Assembly (NCBI GenBank): GCA_048772705.1
Contig: JBLWGC010000211.1
Span: forward strand, 42,795 to 106,794
From: Leidyana gryllorum EB-2025a
Lineage: Eukaryota > Protista > Apicomplexa
Length of the DNA stretch: 64,000 bases
Direction: 5' to 3'
Shown: in pieces, positions 42,757-55,358 of the stretch
How the letters are laid out: each line of letters opens with the position of its first letter
Numbering within the stretch: position 1 is the stretch's first letter
The notes under the pieces: model-generated
What the model saw: the letters and a program-made list of their open reading frames with translations, nothing else
The model's database searches: none
What the model was told of the DNA's origin: nothing
Translations under genes and position numbers: made by a program

Positions 42757-45700
42757 TCAAGCATACTCTGTCTCGACCACAGCCACGAAACTCTCACGTT
42801 CCAGAGGAGCGTCGGGCAGGTCGACAGAGACGTTGATGGGTGGATCAATAGGCCCACGACGCCAGAAACGGCCACCAGCGAATATCATCGCGCCTACGAC
42901 AGCCGCCGCGCCTCCTACAGCCGCTCCGATGGTGACGTAACTGTTGTCGTCAATTCCTGGAGGCATTGGGGGCGGTGGCACTGGGATGACGCCTCCCCCT
43001 TGATCAGTGGAGGAAGAGGTGTCGGTGGCCGTCGAGTGGTGGCTGGTGCTCCAAACATTATCTGTGTTGCAAGATTTATATTCTGTGTGGAACAATAGAC
43101 TTACCAGTGGTGAGATGTGAAGGTTGTTGCCCACCATCCGTGGCAATCGATGTTGTTTCCGATTTGTGGGTGGTAAGAGCAGCTTCGCTTCTCGATCGAG
43201 TACTGCTTTCCAGACCAGGATCGGTGGTCGTGGTAGAGTCGCGATTATTAGAGTCTGGAGAAGAAGTGGTATAATAAAGGTCATCGGTCATCGTCGAATC
43301 CGAATCCCCGACATTAGTTGTAGAAGCCAACAAATTGGTGTTTGTTGGCTGATACCTGGTCGTCTCAGAGCTTTCCTGATCGTCGTTGGTACTAAGCATA
43401 GTGGTGGCGTGTTGCGCTGAGGTGCTCCAATTACTTCCGTGTCCGTTCGTGGTCAAGCCGAGCTCTGGTGTAGTGCTCGTGGTGGAAGGAAGGGGCACTG
43501 GAGTGTTGTTGGTGGTGCTATCTAGGTACTCATCATCGGTCCTAAAGGTGGACAAGAAACTGTCGAATTCAGTGGTGGTCGATGAGTCATAGCCACCCTC
43601 AGAAGTCGTGTAAGAGTCATCAACCAGTGCCGTCGTGGTCGCAAGCAGGTCCTCAGTTTTGATATACGAGGACGACTCGATCTGATCATCGGAGGAGATG
43701 TTGGCTGTGGAGGCACTCGTACAGTCCTCAGTGTCGGAGCAGGTTGCGTCGAGCAGAGTAGACTCCTCGTCCGGCATCGTTTGTGTTGTGGACGGGAAGT
43801 CTTTCTCGTTCTCTGTTGACCAAGTGTTGCCCGACAAGCCGCCTTCATCTTCCGTAGTCAAGAATGTATCATCGCTGCCAGTGTGATTCTCTTCAGTACT
43901 CACTAACGTGGACGACATGTCAGCGTCCTGAGTTGAAGCAAAAGCGGCAGTTGTACTGAATAACTGGCCAGTTATCGTCAATTCATCGGGTGGACTAACG
44001 ACACTCAAACTCAATGTAGTTTCGACTGGGTCGCTGCTGGACTCGTCGTCTTGTTCTTCTTCAACGGTGGAGGCGATAAGTTCCCCGCTGCTATCCTCTT
44101 CGTCCGTTATGGAGTCGAATTCCTCATCGGTGCTCACCCCATTAGTGTCATCATCGGTGGCGTCAGTTAGGTTACTGACCTCAGGCGAGCTCTCGCCTGA
44201 AAAATTGTCGTCTGTTGTGCACTCAAAATCATCCGAAACTGTCATATACGGAGTCACAAGTTCCGTACTCTCATCGTCTAAGTCCAAAGTCGGGGTTGAC
44301 CACTCGCCGCCCACCAAAGTCGAACTTATGCCATCAGAACTGTCCCCGGGGGGTGCGATTGTCGTCGTTGAGCCAACACTCTTCTCGGTGCTCTCCCCTG
44401 CCCCGTCAGTTGAACCCACCTCAGACCCCTCGAATGTAGCGGACACCCAACCATCTGTGGTGGAATCCTCCCACTCATCTGTCGACATCCACTCATCAGA
44501 GCCGATTGTCGCTTCCTCACTTGTAGCCTCTCCGGTCATCAACGTGGGTTTGATTCGTTCTTCGGTGGATTCGGCCGAGTCGGCAGTGGAGGACGGCTCG
44601 TCACACGTGCTCTCATCTGTACATCCCTGGCTGACCTGTGTCAATGTCTGCAGCTCGGGTGCACTCCACGTCGTCACCAAAGTGACAACTTCAGTCGTAC
44701 TCCACACATCGTCAGTCTCCACTTCGCTCGTTGCCTCGTCAATCGTCATATCGTCCGCAGTGCAAACCTCATAACCGCTGGAACTCTCACTCATCCTTCC
44801 GGTCTCCGTACCGGTCGGTTCCACCTCATCGTAAGTATAAAGCCCGCTACTGACTGTCGCCTCCGTGGTAGCTGCACTTGTACTGACTTCATCCGTGATA
44901 CTCGCAAACTCAGTGATGGTTGCCGTAGGACGGATAGTGCTTGTCACACTGTTAGCCACTTCAGTGTCGGTTCGCTCCTCTGTGTAGATGTGCTCCTCCG
45001 TACTCGGCCCAACCTCAGTGGGCTCTGCTGTGATCACACCTTCCGAGCTGGAGTCCATGCGTGTTTCATCTGTGCCAGTGGCATCCTCAGTGATGCGGTC
45101 TCCAGTAGCGACCGGATCGTCCGCAGTGGTCGACTCCTCTATTGTGGGCTCCTCCCGGGGGGTCGCAATGTCCGTAGATGGCTTCTCTGTAGACGTCGGA
45201 GCCTCTGAGGTGGTCGCAGCCTCTGTCGTGGGCTCTTCTGTGGTGGTCACAGCCTCTGTAGTTGTCACAGCCTCTGTGGTGGTCGTAAGCTCCGTGGTGG
45301 TCGTAGGCTCCGTCGTGGGCTCTTCTGTGGTGGTCACAGCCTCTGTGGTTGGCTCTTCTGTGGTGGTCGTAAGTTCCGTAGTGGGCTCCTCCGTGGTGGT
45401 CAGAGCCTCTGTGGTGGCCGTAAGCTCCGTAGTGCGCTCCTCCGTGGTGGTCACAGCCTCTGTGGTGGTCACAGCCTCTGTAGTGGTCAGAGCCTCTGTG
45501 GTGGTCGTAAGCTCCGTGGTGGTCGTAGGCTCCGTCGTGGGCTCTTCTGTGGTGGTCACAGCCTCTGTGGTGGTCGTAAGCTCCGTCGTGGGCTCTTCTG
45601 TGGTGGTCACAGCCTCCGTGGTGGTCACAGCCTCTGTGGTGGTCACAGCCTCTGTGGTGGTCACAGCCTCTGTAGTGGTCGTAAGCTCCGTCGTGGGCTC

Positions 45701-48625
45701 TTCTGTGGTGGTCACAGCCTCTGTGGTGGTCACAGCCTCTGTAGTTGTCACAGCCTCTGTGGTGGTCAGAGCCTCTGTGGTGGTCAGAGCCTCTGTGGTG
45801 GTCGTAAGCTCCGTGGTGGTCGTAAGCTCCGTCGTGGGCTCTTCTGTGGTGGTCACAGCCTCTGTAGTTGTCACAGCCTCTGTGGTGGTCAGAGCCTCTG
45901 TGGTGGTCGTAAGCTCCGTCGTGGGCTCTTCTGTGGTGGTCAGAGCCTCTGTGGTGGTCGTAAGCTCCGTGGTGGTCGTAGGCTCCGTCGTGGGCTCTTC
46001 TGTGGTGGTCACAGCCTCTGTGGTTGGCTCTTCTGTGGTGGTCAGAGTCTCTGTGGTGGTCGTAAGTTCCGTAGTGGGCTCCTCCGTGGTGGTCAGAGCC
46101 TCTGTAGTGGTCAGAGCCTCTGTGGTGGTCGTAAGCTCCGTGGTGGTCGTAGGCTCCGTCGTGGGCTCTTCTGTGGTGGTCACAGCCTCTGTGGTGGTCG
46201 TAAGCTCCGTCGTGGGCTCTTCTGTGGTGGTCACAGCCTCCGTGGTGGTCACAGCCTCTGTGGTGGTCACAGCCTCTGTAGTGGTCGTAAGCTCCGTCGT
46301 GGGCTCTTCTGTGGTGGTCACAGCCTCTGTAGTTGTCACAGCCTCTGTGGTGGTCAGAGCCTCTGTGGTGGTCGTAAGCTCCGTCGTGGGCTCTTCTGTG
46401 GTGGTCACAGCCTCTGTAGTTGTCACAGCCTCTGTGGTGGTCACAGCCTCTGTGGTGGTCAGAGCCTCTGTGGTGGTCGTAAGCTCCGTCGTGGGCTCTT
46501 CTGTGGTGGTCACAGCCTCTGTAGTTGTCACAGCCTCTGTGGTGGTCAGAGCCTCTGTGGTGGTCAGAGCCTCTGTGGTGGTCAGAGCCTCTGTGGTGGT
46601 CAGAGCCTCTGTGGTGGTCAGAGCCTCTGTGGTGGTCGTAAGCTCCGTGGTGGTCGTAAGCTCCGTCGTGGGCTCTTCTGTGGTGGTCAGAGCCTCTGTG
46701 GTGGTCGTAAGCTCCGTGGTGGTCGTAGGCTCCGTCGTGGGCTCTTCTGTGGTGGTCACAGCCTCTGTGGTTGGCTCTTCTGTGGTGGTCAGAGTCTCTG
46801 TGGTGGTCGTAAGTTCCGTAGTGGGCTCCTCCGTGGTGGTCAGAGCCTCTGTGGTGGCCGTAAGCTCCGTCGTGGGCTCTTCTGTGGTGGTCACAGCCTC
46901 TGTGGTGGTCAGAGCCTCTGTAGTTGTCACAGCCTCTGTGGTGGTCGTAAGCTCCGTGGTGGTCGTAGGCTCCGTCGTGGGCTCTTCTGTGGTGGTCACA
47001 GCCTCTGTGGTTGGCTCTTCTGTGGTGGTCAGAGTCTCTGTGGTGGTCGTAAGTTCCGTAGTGGGCTCCTCCGTGGTGGTCAGAGCCTCTGTGGTGGCCG
47101 TAAGCTCCGTAGTGGGCTCCTCCGTGGTGGTCAGAGCCTCTGTGGTTGGCTCTTCTGTGGTGGTCAGAGCCTCTGTGGTGGTCGTAAGCTCCGTAGTGGG
47201 CTCCTCTGTGGTGGTCGTGGGCTCCTCTGTGGTAGTCGCGGGCTCAGTGGATGAAGGCTCCGTGGAAGAGTAGTGAAGGTCGGCGGTAGTGACTGTTGGA
47301 AGAACGGAAGAAATTGGCGGGACAATGGTTGTCTCGTCTTCGTGAGTGGTGGTGACAAGAGTAGTGGTAGGGATGGGAGTTGTGGTTTCTGGAGGGCTGG
47401 GGCATGAAATGGGTACGAATGATTCGAAGGAATCGAGAAAGCGGTCCAAGAAAGAGTGCGCATTGGAAGGAGTCAATATGAGTAGATCGGATGCATCGTG
47501 ATCGCCCATTGCATTGGAGGCGGTGAGAATCCATTGCCAGATACCACTGCCGCGGTTGCTGAGCGCGCTGGTTGCAGCAGTGGAGTTACTGTCGGCGACT
47601 GTCTGCTGGAACGCAGCTGGAAGAACTATATGGTCGGGGTGAGCTGCTTTGGTGTTGCGGGGGAAGTCTTCGATACTGACGACTATAAGGTTGGTTTGGG
47701 CCTGGATGAGCGTTTGAGTAACATCCCGATAACTTGGATATTCATGACGTCGACAGTGTTCTTCAGGGTCGGAAATTAGCGTTTCGAGGTTGTAAGGCCG
47801 AACGGGTTCGACGGTGGTGGGATACACCAAAGCTTGAAGACGTAAAAACTCTGCTAACTCCTCGCCCTCCAGAGCACGGCCGCCACAGATTTCCTCCGCC
47901 AATAGATCGGCATAACGCACATACACATCATCATCTGGAGTCCAATAACCCCACCCCGTCACAGCGCTTGGGCGAGTCTGTGCCCCGAAGCCTCCGACGG
48001 TTCGTTTAGTCGAAGAGTTGCAAGTTACTGGAGAGTTGAACTGATCCACATAAGGTTTGAGGGGATAAAAGATATCGCCCTCGTGTCCAACGTAGTCGGT
48101 GAGTAAGATGATTGTCCGCGACATCTCTTTTTCCCCGCGGCTATTGGTCGGTGTCCATCCCACAGCCTTGTCAGTGACGGCCCGCACCAAAGCCTCCATA
48201 TGTCCCTCGTAGAGGTCCTGCCCGGACCCCCAAGGTAGTTCCCAGATAGATTCCCCCAAAGTTCGATTATGCACTTCTTCGTAGTGGAGTATTGGAGTCA
48301 GTGGTTCCTCAAGTTCGTAACACCAATCCTCTATGTAGCCGCCAGGATATCCACCATACTCACCGATGCCCGTCTGTACATTCGGCTTGTCGGTGAAGTG
48401 AGCGACCCCGACCTTCACATTTGGATAAGAAGTCGCGAGCGTGTCTACAAACTTATCCATCTCATTAGCTACCGTATCACGATAAAACTGCCATCCGTAC
48501 GTCACGTCCACGAGGAATAATATCTCCATATCATATTCTATGCAGTCATTGTCAGTTGTCGTGGGCCGAATCCACCCAGCAGCACAAACCAGTAATTGTA
48601 CCAAAGTCAGTACATATAGCTTCAT
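42757..48625 (-). CDS. Type I membrane adhesin: signal peptide + integrin-beta-like vWA domain + Thr/Glu mucin stalk + TM + short acidic tail
   Basis: The 1849-aa ORF is joined by intron 43062-43104 to a TM exon (TIGAAVGGAAAVVGAMIFAGG RFWRR...ETEYA). vWA-like motifs are FLVDVT, VGVAHFTDKP, GQDLYEG..EAL, IILLTD..GH and EYPS. Confidence 0.85.
45208..47240 (-). repeat. Coding minisatellite (12-18 nt units with higher-order blocks) encoding TTTEA(L/V), TTTEEP and TTEL
   Basis: About 2 kb of near-identical ggtcacagcctctgtggt / ggtcgtaagctccgt units, seen directly. Confidence 0.97.
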
Positions 48626-48642
48626 TGTCTTACTGTCAAAAA

Positions 48643-49524
48643 ATGCAAATCACCTTCAACAGCTCGCACGCCAAACCAAAACCCAAACTCAAACCTTCCC
48701 GCCCTCCGGCGTTCAAGTTGCAGACCGAAGAGGATTCCACTACCGCTACCAAACCCGTCCGAGCATATGCTGCCGGACCTGCAAGTCTTTTCTCGAATGA
48801 CACGTATAGACTGGCTGACGAGGACGTAGAAGCTCTGGTAGCCGAACACAAAGTGCCGAAACAACCAGAGAATACCGAAGCCTCCGCCTTCAAACCTACC
48901 ACCAACGACTCGGAGGACGAATTAGACCCTCTGGCTCCGAAGAAAGAGGGTCCTTCGGGCCTGATTCATGATCCCAAGAAGCGTTCGGCTCCCGAAGCTC
49001 GCTATGTGTCCAAGATGGTCAAAACTGCGGTCCTCAGAAATGCAGAGAAAGAAATTGTTCATGAGCGAGTCCTTCTCCGTCAACTCCAAGCTGAGGAACC
49101 TCAAGTTGCGCAAAAGCCTTCGTATCTAACACCAGCGTATCGCAAACGCTTGGAGGAGAGAACACAAGCGGCGAGAATGCTGGCGGAGCGGGAGGCAGCC
49201 ACAGGTTCAATCACCGCTGTGCGCCAGAATCTTCTCCTAGGAGAGTTGGCGGCACCCCTACCAGAAGTGAAGCTCAAGGCAGATTTACCCCCTGTTCATG
49301 AATCCTTGGGAGCGTCACCTTCACTGGAAACAGATAGCCCCACACAGGGTGAGGTCAAAGAAGGTATGCTGCCTTCAAAGACGCCGAGTGCCCATGCCCC
49401 TGCCCCGCCCCAAATGCTGCAATCTCCACCTACTGAGGGAGCTGAAGAGTCAGAGCCAGAAGAAGATCGGCAGGCCAAGTTGGCTGCGGCCCGCCAACGC
49501 TACCTCGCACGCAAACAGCAATAA
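48643..49524 (+). CDS. NSRP1: Nuclear speckle splicing regulatory protein 1 (CCDC55/DUF2040)-like
   Basis: RYVSKMVKTAVLRNAEKEIVHER..LQAE, YLTPAYRKRLEE and C-terminal AARQRYLARK. Confidence 0.8.
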   Translation: MQITFNSSHAKPKPKLKPSRPPAFKLQTEEDSTTATKPVRAYAAGPASLFSNDTYRLADEDVEALVAEHKVPKQPENTEASAFKPTTNDSEDELDPLAPKKEGPSGLIHDPKKRSAPEARYVSKMVKTAVLRNAEKEIVHERVLLRQLQAEEPQVAQKPSYLTPAYRKRLEERTQAARMLAEREAATGSITAVRQNLLLGELAAPLPEVKLKADLPPVHESLGASPSLETDSPTQGEVKEGMLPSKTPSAHAPAPPQMLQSPPTEGAEESEPEEDRQAKLAAARQRYLARKQQ

Positions 49525-49571
49525 AGAGGCATTATTTGGTGTTCGATCGCACGCGTGTGCTTCTGAAATTA

Positions 49572-51589
49572 ATGCTACAGGATGAGCGGACAAGCACTGA
49601 ACTACGGTCGTTGCAACGACTGAAAGTGTCAATAGACGGTTTCGCTCCATCGGAAGATGGTTCCACGTTCGTCTACCGTGTCAAAGTTGAGAATGCTGGC
49701 TTCGAGTGGACCTTGTTGAAACGTTTTTCGGAGTTCCACGCATTGCACAAGAAGCTGATGATATCCCACGCAGCTGCACTGCCAAACATACCGTCGAGAT
49801 CGTTCTTTCGACCCAACGATCCGGAAATAGCAACAGTGAGTTAAAGTCCCGCCGCACACTGAGCCTCTATTACCCCTCAATAGGACCGACAACACAAACT
49901 GCACAAGTACTTGATTAAGCTCCTTTTACGACCAGATTTAAGATTGGCTCCAGAAGTGGTCTCTTTCCTTGAAATTGAAGATCGTTCACAAATGACCCCA
50001 ATTGAGTTAGGCCCTAATTGGGTAGCCGCTGTGACAAATCCGCCGATTTCAATGGCCGTCACTGACTTCGTGTTCATGAGCGAAAGAGGTTTATTGTATG
50101 CGACGTACAAGGACACAAGCGCCACGGCCAGTATCGGTAAGGCCTGGGAAATGCTGGACAACGAGGAGGTGAGCTCTTATGGGAGATGTCGGTTGCCAAA
50201 TCTGCTCAGCGCGGCGGGATCGTTGCTATCGATCTGCCGAATAGAAGCGTGATGAAACTGGGCAAGCACGCGATTGAATACACACAGAATGACAATATGA
50301 ATGAAGGACAGACAGTATGCTATGCCTGGCGCGACCCCGCAAACGGTCTTTGGATCATCGTTGGATCCGACAGTGGCAAAGCTCGTATAATGTATATCGG
50401 GAGATGGTTGTCGGACCCCGAGCCTCGACCGGTCGATTGTGGAGTTTTGCCACTGTACATCAAGGCACGAATTCTATCAATGTCGGGAGTCAATGACCGC
50501 TTGCTCACAGTGGGGTGCGATGGTGGAATCAGAATACTCCAGATGCCGCCGTTGGTGGATGATCCAGGCACTGTTATCTGCGGAGGTCGGATAATTCGAC
50601 CATTGGCACCTGAGGAGACTTTGACCTGTGGAGTCCTCCATCCATCGGGCCAATTTGCTTTCCTAGGCACGAACCAAGCAAAGCTGCTCATATACGGCGT
50701 TGATGAGAATCCACCTCGTTATATAGCTACGCTTGATGTGATTGAAGTACTCAAGATTCATGAAAAAGTGGATCCGGACAAGAGTCCTGTCGTACGTCCC
50801 AAGCGCCTGGGAATAGCGAAGCTGCTAGCGAGCAACACATTCGACGCCCTGTTTGTCGCGATCGACGAGACTGTCTTGATTCTGCGCCAGTCTGTCCTTG
50901 CCAGCACCAATGCATCAATCCGCGTTGTGAATCCGGAACGTTTATTCATCGGAGGCGTGAGTGCTCCCGAGCAACCGGCATTACCGGTTTCGGCCATGAC
51001 ACTATGGGAAGGACGGATGAACAACGAGCCTCCGATCCTTCTGGTCGCCCACAATCGTTGCTTGTGCGCTTGGAGTGTCGATATGGATCATTTCGATGAA
51101 ATCATCGCCCGTCTGGACGCTCCAACCGTAGATGGTGCTCAAGACCAAGTTTCCCTCAGCTATCTGCGAGGGCCTCTCCCAGGGAGAACGCATTCGTCTG
51201 CAACGAGCAGTCTTCCCCCAGAGGCCCAAACGGTACCCCGGGACTTGATGGAGCTACTAATCTGCCGGGACGAGTTCACCTGGGGACGCATCAATGTTCT
51301 GAAAGTATACATGGGAGCTGAACAGGACGGTTCACAGGGCGGCGGAATATTGGTGGCTGGAACGTCGTATCGCGACATTCAAATCACCACGCTCGATGAT
51401 GCACCAAACTGGACGACTTGGAGAAATGGGTTGCTGGAGTTGCAGCGACTGAACGCTGAGGCGGCGAAGCAGAGGCCTAGACAGGCAGCAGTGGCAAAGA
51501 GCCCTAATCTTTTGGAGTTTGACGAGGACTCGACTGTCGAAGATGAAGAACTTGAGCTTCTGGGAGCATTCGGTTCGGCCAGATTTTAG
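49572..51589 (+). CDS. PX-domain protein with a downstream beta-propeller-like region
   Basis: FVYRVKV...WTLLKRFSEFHALHKKL...LPNIPSR...R...L.KYL..LL; WD-like segments IVGSDSGKARI and LTVGCDGGIRI; two short introns. Confidence 0.75.
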
Positions 51590-51596
51590 TTAGGTT

Positions 51597-52792
51597 TTAT
51601 TTGAGTGCTGCTTCTTTTCCCAACTTCCCGAGCCTGTGAAATGCATGATGGCTGGTTTGAACATCCGAGGGCGATATATCTGGCGGCGCTATCAGGTCTC
51701 CCGTCGTGACGACTGGGCTTTCTGTCGGTGTCATTGGGTTTGCTGACCCTCTGAAGGCTTCTGCTTGTTCGGCAGACGGTGGATCGGCTGGCACGCCTGG
51801 ACTCATCTGGGTGGTAGGCTGCATGGCTGTGGCAGATTGGGCGGTTCGCAGGTGCAGAGCTGTTGGTGGGGAGACTCCACCTACTAGATTGACTCGCTTG
51901 CTGCTCGTCTTAAAAGACAGCTGAATTTCCGGAGCGGCATCTAGCTTGATTGAGGTGTAAAGTGCACGACAGCTTTGTCGGATACGATGCCATTGGACTC
52001 TGGATGGGAAGCCTGAGATTAGAAGGAGTTGAAGGACCCACACCGCTCGTTCGAGAGGTTTCTCGTGCAATTGTCTCAGAATGTCCTCCGTGACACGGAG
52101 ATTTAGATTGGCTGACCGCCAGCGAGGATGTTCACTAATGTCGATAGTTCTGCCGATGAGATCGCCGTTGGAGTTTTGCTCTGTGGTGACCCGGAACCGT
52201 CTCCGTTCAGCTTGTTCCACATCTGAGTGCTTGCAGCATAGGAACTGCAGGTTTAGGTAGCGCGATGGACGATGTCGGGTATAGGGCAGGTTTAGTGAGC
52301 CCGGAATCCACCGGACTCCTCTGGGTATGGTGTTGAAAATCTTGGCGCCTTGTGGATCGACGACTTTACGCACAATGGTACGGTATACATCGCTTTCTCT
52401 GTGTACAGCAGGATAGACGGAGAGCTGTGTGGGCTGACTCACTTGGAGACTGACAGTTCGACGATTTGTATTTGGTCCTGCGGGTTCCTGGCCGTGGAAA
52501 CTACGACTGAGACTCCAGGTATGGAGGGCGGTATGCGTAACGAGAAAGTGAAGCGGAAATGGCGATCGCCGATACGGAGATAGTGTAGTTTGAGTGCCCA
52601 ATCTGTGCAATCGCCGATGAAAGCTGGTGGTGGAGGGGTTCCATGTCGTGTTAAGGGTGAGCTGGGGTAAAAGAAGCCATGAAGAGACACGCGAAGGCCT
52701 TTGGGCAAGAATCCTCCCTTAGGTGGTTTGACCCGTAAGCGGAAGAGATGTGGATCACTTTGTTCGACTTCGCAGTCGACGAAAGCATTCAT
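51597..52792 (-). CDS. Hypothetical protein (2 exons)
   Basis: ORF 52439-52807 (ATG at 52792) joins ORF 51597-52610 via a gtgagt...acag intron near 52400-52442; no family recognised. Confidence 0.5.
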
Positions 52793-52807
52793 GGCACCAA
52801 TTTGCAC

Positions 52808-53354
52808 CTAGAAGACATGGAACAGATTGTAGGTGAGCGTCCAGCATAGGATGAAGGTCTGCGTGAGTTTTACAGTCCGATGGAGGGGATTGGTCAGCTC
52901 ACCATGGTTCCCGTGGTAATTTGGGTGAGGTAGAGGTGTTGGACATTAGGATAGTATCTGACGATGGTGGAGGCCGGATTGAGCCAGGTAGCCCCAGTAT
53001 ATTGTCTGAACTTCTCAGGGAGTTCTGATGAAAGCGATGATTGTGGTTTGCGATGTGCATTGGCGTACTGGATTTGACAAAGTTGGCATTGTCGTGGAGC
53101 ATCGTGAGGGTATGGAGCGTTGCTCCATAGACTGTTGGCACTAGAATGCAACTCAGAAAGACATAGATAAGGGCTCCTCCGATCCAGGATTCGCATCCAA
53201 TGATGCCGGCGATAGCACCTACAACTATGGCGGCCACATGCCGGCTGCAGCACATTGTGAATGACAGAAAGAGTGTTGCTCACATTGTGGTGATATGGAT
53301 GCTGTTGAGGGCGAGGTAGGCCCGAGTAGCTGGTGCTGCCGGTTGACTATCCAT
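52808..53354 (-). CDS. EMC6: ER membrane protein complex subunit 6 (Rab5ip family)
   Basis: AIVVGAIAGIIG, and a last exon TFILCWTLTYNLFHVF* matching the EMC6 C-terminus; three short introns. Confidence 0.8.
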
Positions 53355-53383
53355 CGTTTTTTCGTCCTTTTCGTCGAGATAAT

Positions 53384-55327
53384 ATGGATGTGGAGGAGGC
53401 TCTGGCCGCAGCGGATGCTGACACACGTGACTATATCAACTCAGTGCAAGGTGTAAAAAGACACTCTAAAGCATTGCAGCGGAAGGTGCTGGAGAACGAG
53501 GAGAAACGTCTAAAGTATCCAAACAATCCTGAGCTCTTTGTGGAATCGGAGGTGGCCTTGGACGAAGAAGTCAAACTGTTTAATGCTTTGGCTGCCCACC
53601 CAGAGCTCTTGGAGCCTTTCCGTGAATGCGGAGGCAGCACTGTACTCGTCAGTCTGCTGGGTCACAGCAATTCGGATATTGCTCTTAGTGCCTTAAGTAT
53701 TCTTCAGGATATATCGGATCCCGAAGTGTTCAATGAAACAAAGTCTGTCAACGCCAAGGACTTTGTCCAACATTTGATGGACGACTTCGACATCACTGAG
53801 CTGCTTTACGCCCTATTGCAGCGCCTCAATGAAGCTGACGATGATCAAGATTTTGAGGGAGTCAGTAATGTGCTCCAGACACTCGACAACTGTCGCGAAG
53901 CGCTTCCTGAACTCGTCATCGCAGAACTTCTGCGGACGGAAAAGCTGCTCCATTGGATTTTGAATCGCCTTCGCGGACCAGGAGGTAAAGCTCCTGATGA
54001 TCCTGCTGAAGATGTTGTAGACTACAATCGACTATATTGTGCCGAAATCCTTTGTTCCGTCCTCCAAATGTCTGCGGAGGCTAGGGAGAAGGTGGGGAAA
54101 CCCATTAGCAAAGGAGGTTTTGACGGCATCGAGAAGTTTCTCCTGGCTTTCGCAAAGTACAAGAAGAAAGACTGGGCATCCCCAGAAGAGAAAGAATACG
54201 TTCTGAATCTGAAGGATTGTCTTTACAGCCTTCTGTTGGATTCGTCCGAGAATCGTCAATACTTTGCAAAGGCGGAGGGAATGCATCTGATGGTCCGTAT
54301 ATTGAAGGAGCACACACGTGTGTGGCCCTATGCATTGGAAGTAATTGACGTGGCATTGATGGATTTACCGAGTCAGGCCGGTGTCTTTGTTAGAGCGGGT
54401 GGCTTGGCTCAACTATTCCCGTTAATGATAAAACTGGGCTTACCAGAAGCTGAGCGCAAACGCAAAAACCTTGAAACAGCACTCAATGTAATGGTTCAAC
54501 TGGCTGAACATTGTACCGGTGACGAACAAGTGCGTTTCCTCAACAAGTTTTTTGAGGAGGATTGCAGCAAGTTGAAAAGGCTGGTGGCCCTGCACACATT
54601 GTTGTATGCTGAGGACTTGGCGACGCAAAAGTCGGTGCATGACGAATACGGATGGAATCCAGCCGCTGACTACAGCGAAAGGTCGGCCATCCCTCAGGTA
54701 GGGAATGATGGTTGTGGATCTGATTTCTGGTGAATCTGGCAGGAACACGATGGTCGAGAGATCAGCGATTTGGAGGAGTACATTTACGAAGAACGAGGCA
54801 ACTTGGGGCTCGTTGCCCTGCAATGTGTCGACAGAATACTGCTGCGGTTGCTCCGGTTGGGTAACGAAATCATGTCCCTCCAAGTACATGTTCTGCTTGA
54901 TGTTCCGTTGGCTGAGAAAGCAGGTTCGCCGAAGATTCTGGCTTCGGTCGCGTATGTGCTGTGTGGTAAGGATATTTGAGTGTGGTATTTGCTGATGTGT
55001 GTCTTTATAGAGTACGCGTGGCATTTGGTCGCTCCGAGTACACAGGAGGCACGGCGAAAGGTTTTGGAGGGTATTGCACAGATGGAGTCTGAGCACGAGG
55101 CGTGCTTGAAGAGAGGCGAAGAATTACGACAGGCGGCTCAGGAAGCTGCGGTAAAGCAGAGGAAGCAGCGCGAGGAAGAGGATCGGATTCGACGGGATGA
55201 GGAAAGGCGGGAGCGTAACCGGAGGACGAAGATCCGATACAAATTGGAGAAAGCGGACCGCGAGTTGGAGCGGCGTATCGAATTGGAGGAGTACCGATGG
55301 AATCGGAAGCACGGGATCCAAATGTGA
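53384..55327 (+). CDS. CTNNBL1: Beta-catenin-like protein 1 (Prp19 complex)
   Basis: NEEKRLKYPNNPELFVESEVALDEE, LLGHSNSDIA, NRLYCAEIL and FAKAEGMHLM; two introns near the 3' end. Confidence 0.92.
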
Positions 55328-55358
55328 AGTGCACCTCAGGGTCGAACGTTTTTTATCA

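Noticed and set aside
45208-47240. Possible CRISPR-like array
   Set aside because: There are no unique spacers and no cas genes; it is an in-frame coding tandem repeat in a eukaryote.
44988-47273. 761-aa Val/Ser-rich ORF on the + strand
   Set aside because: It is the antisense shadow of the Thr/Glu mucin repeat, whose units lack stop codons in that frame.
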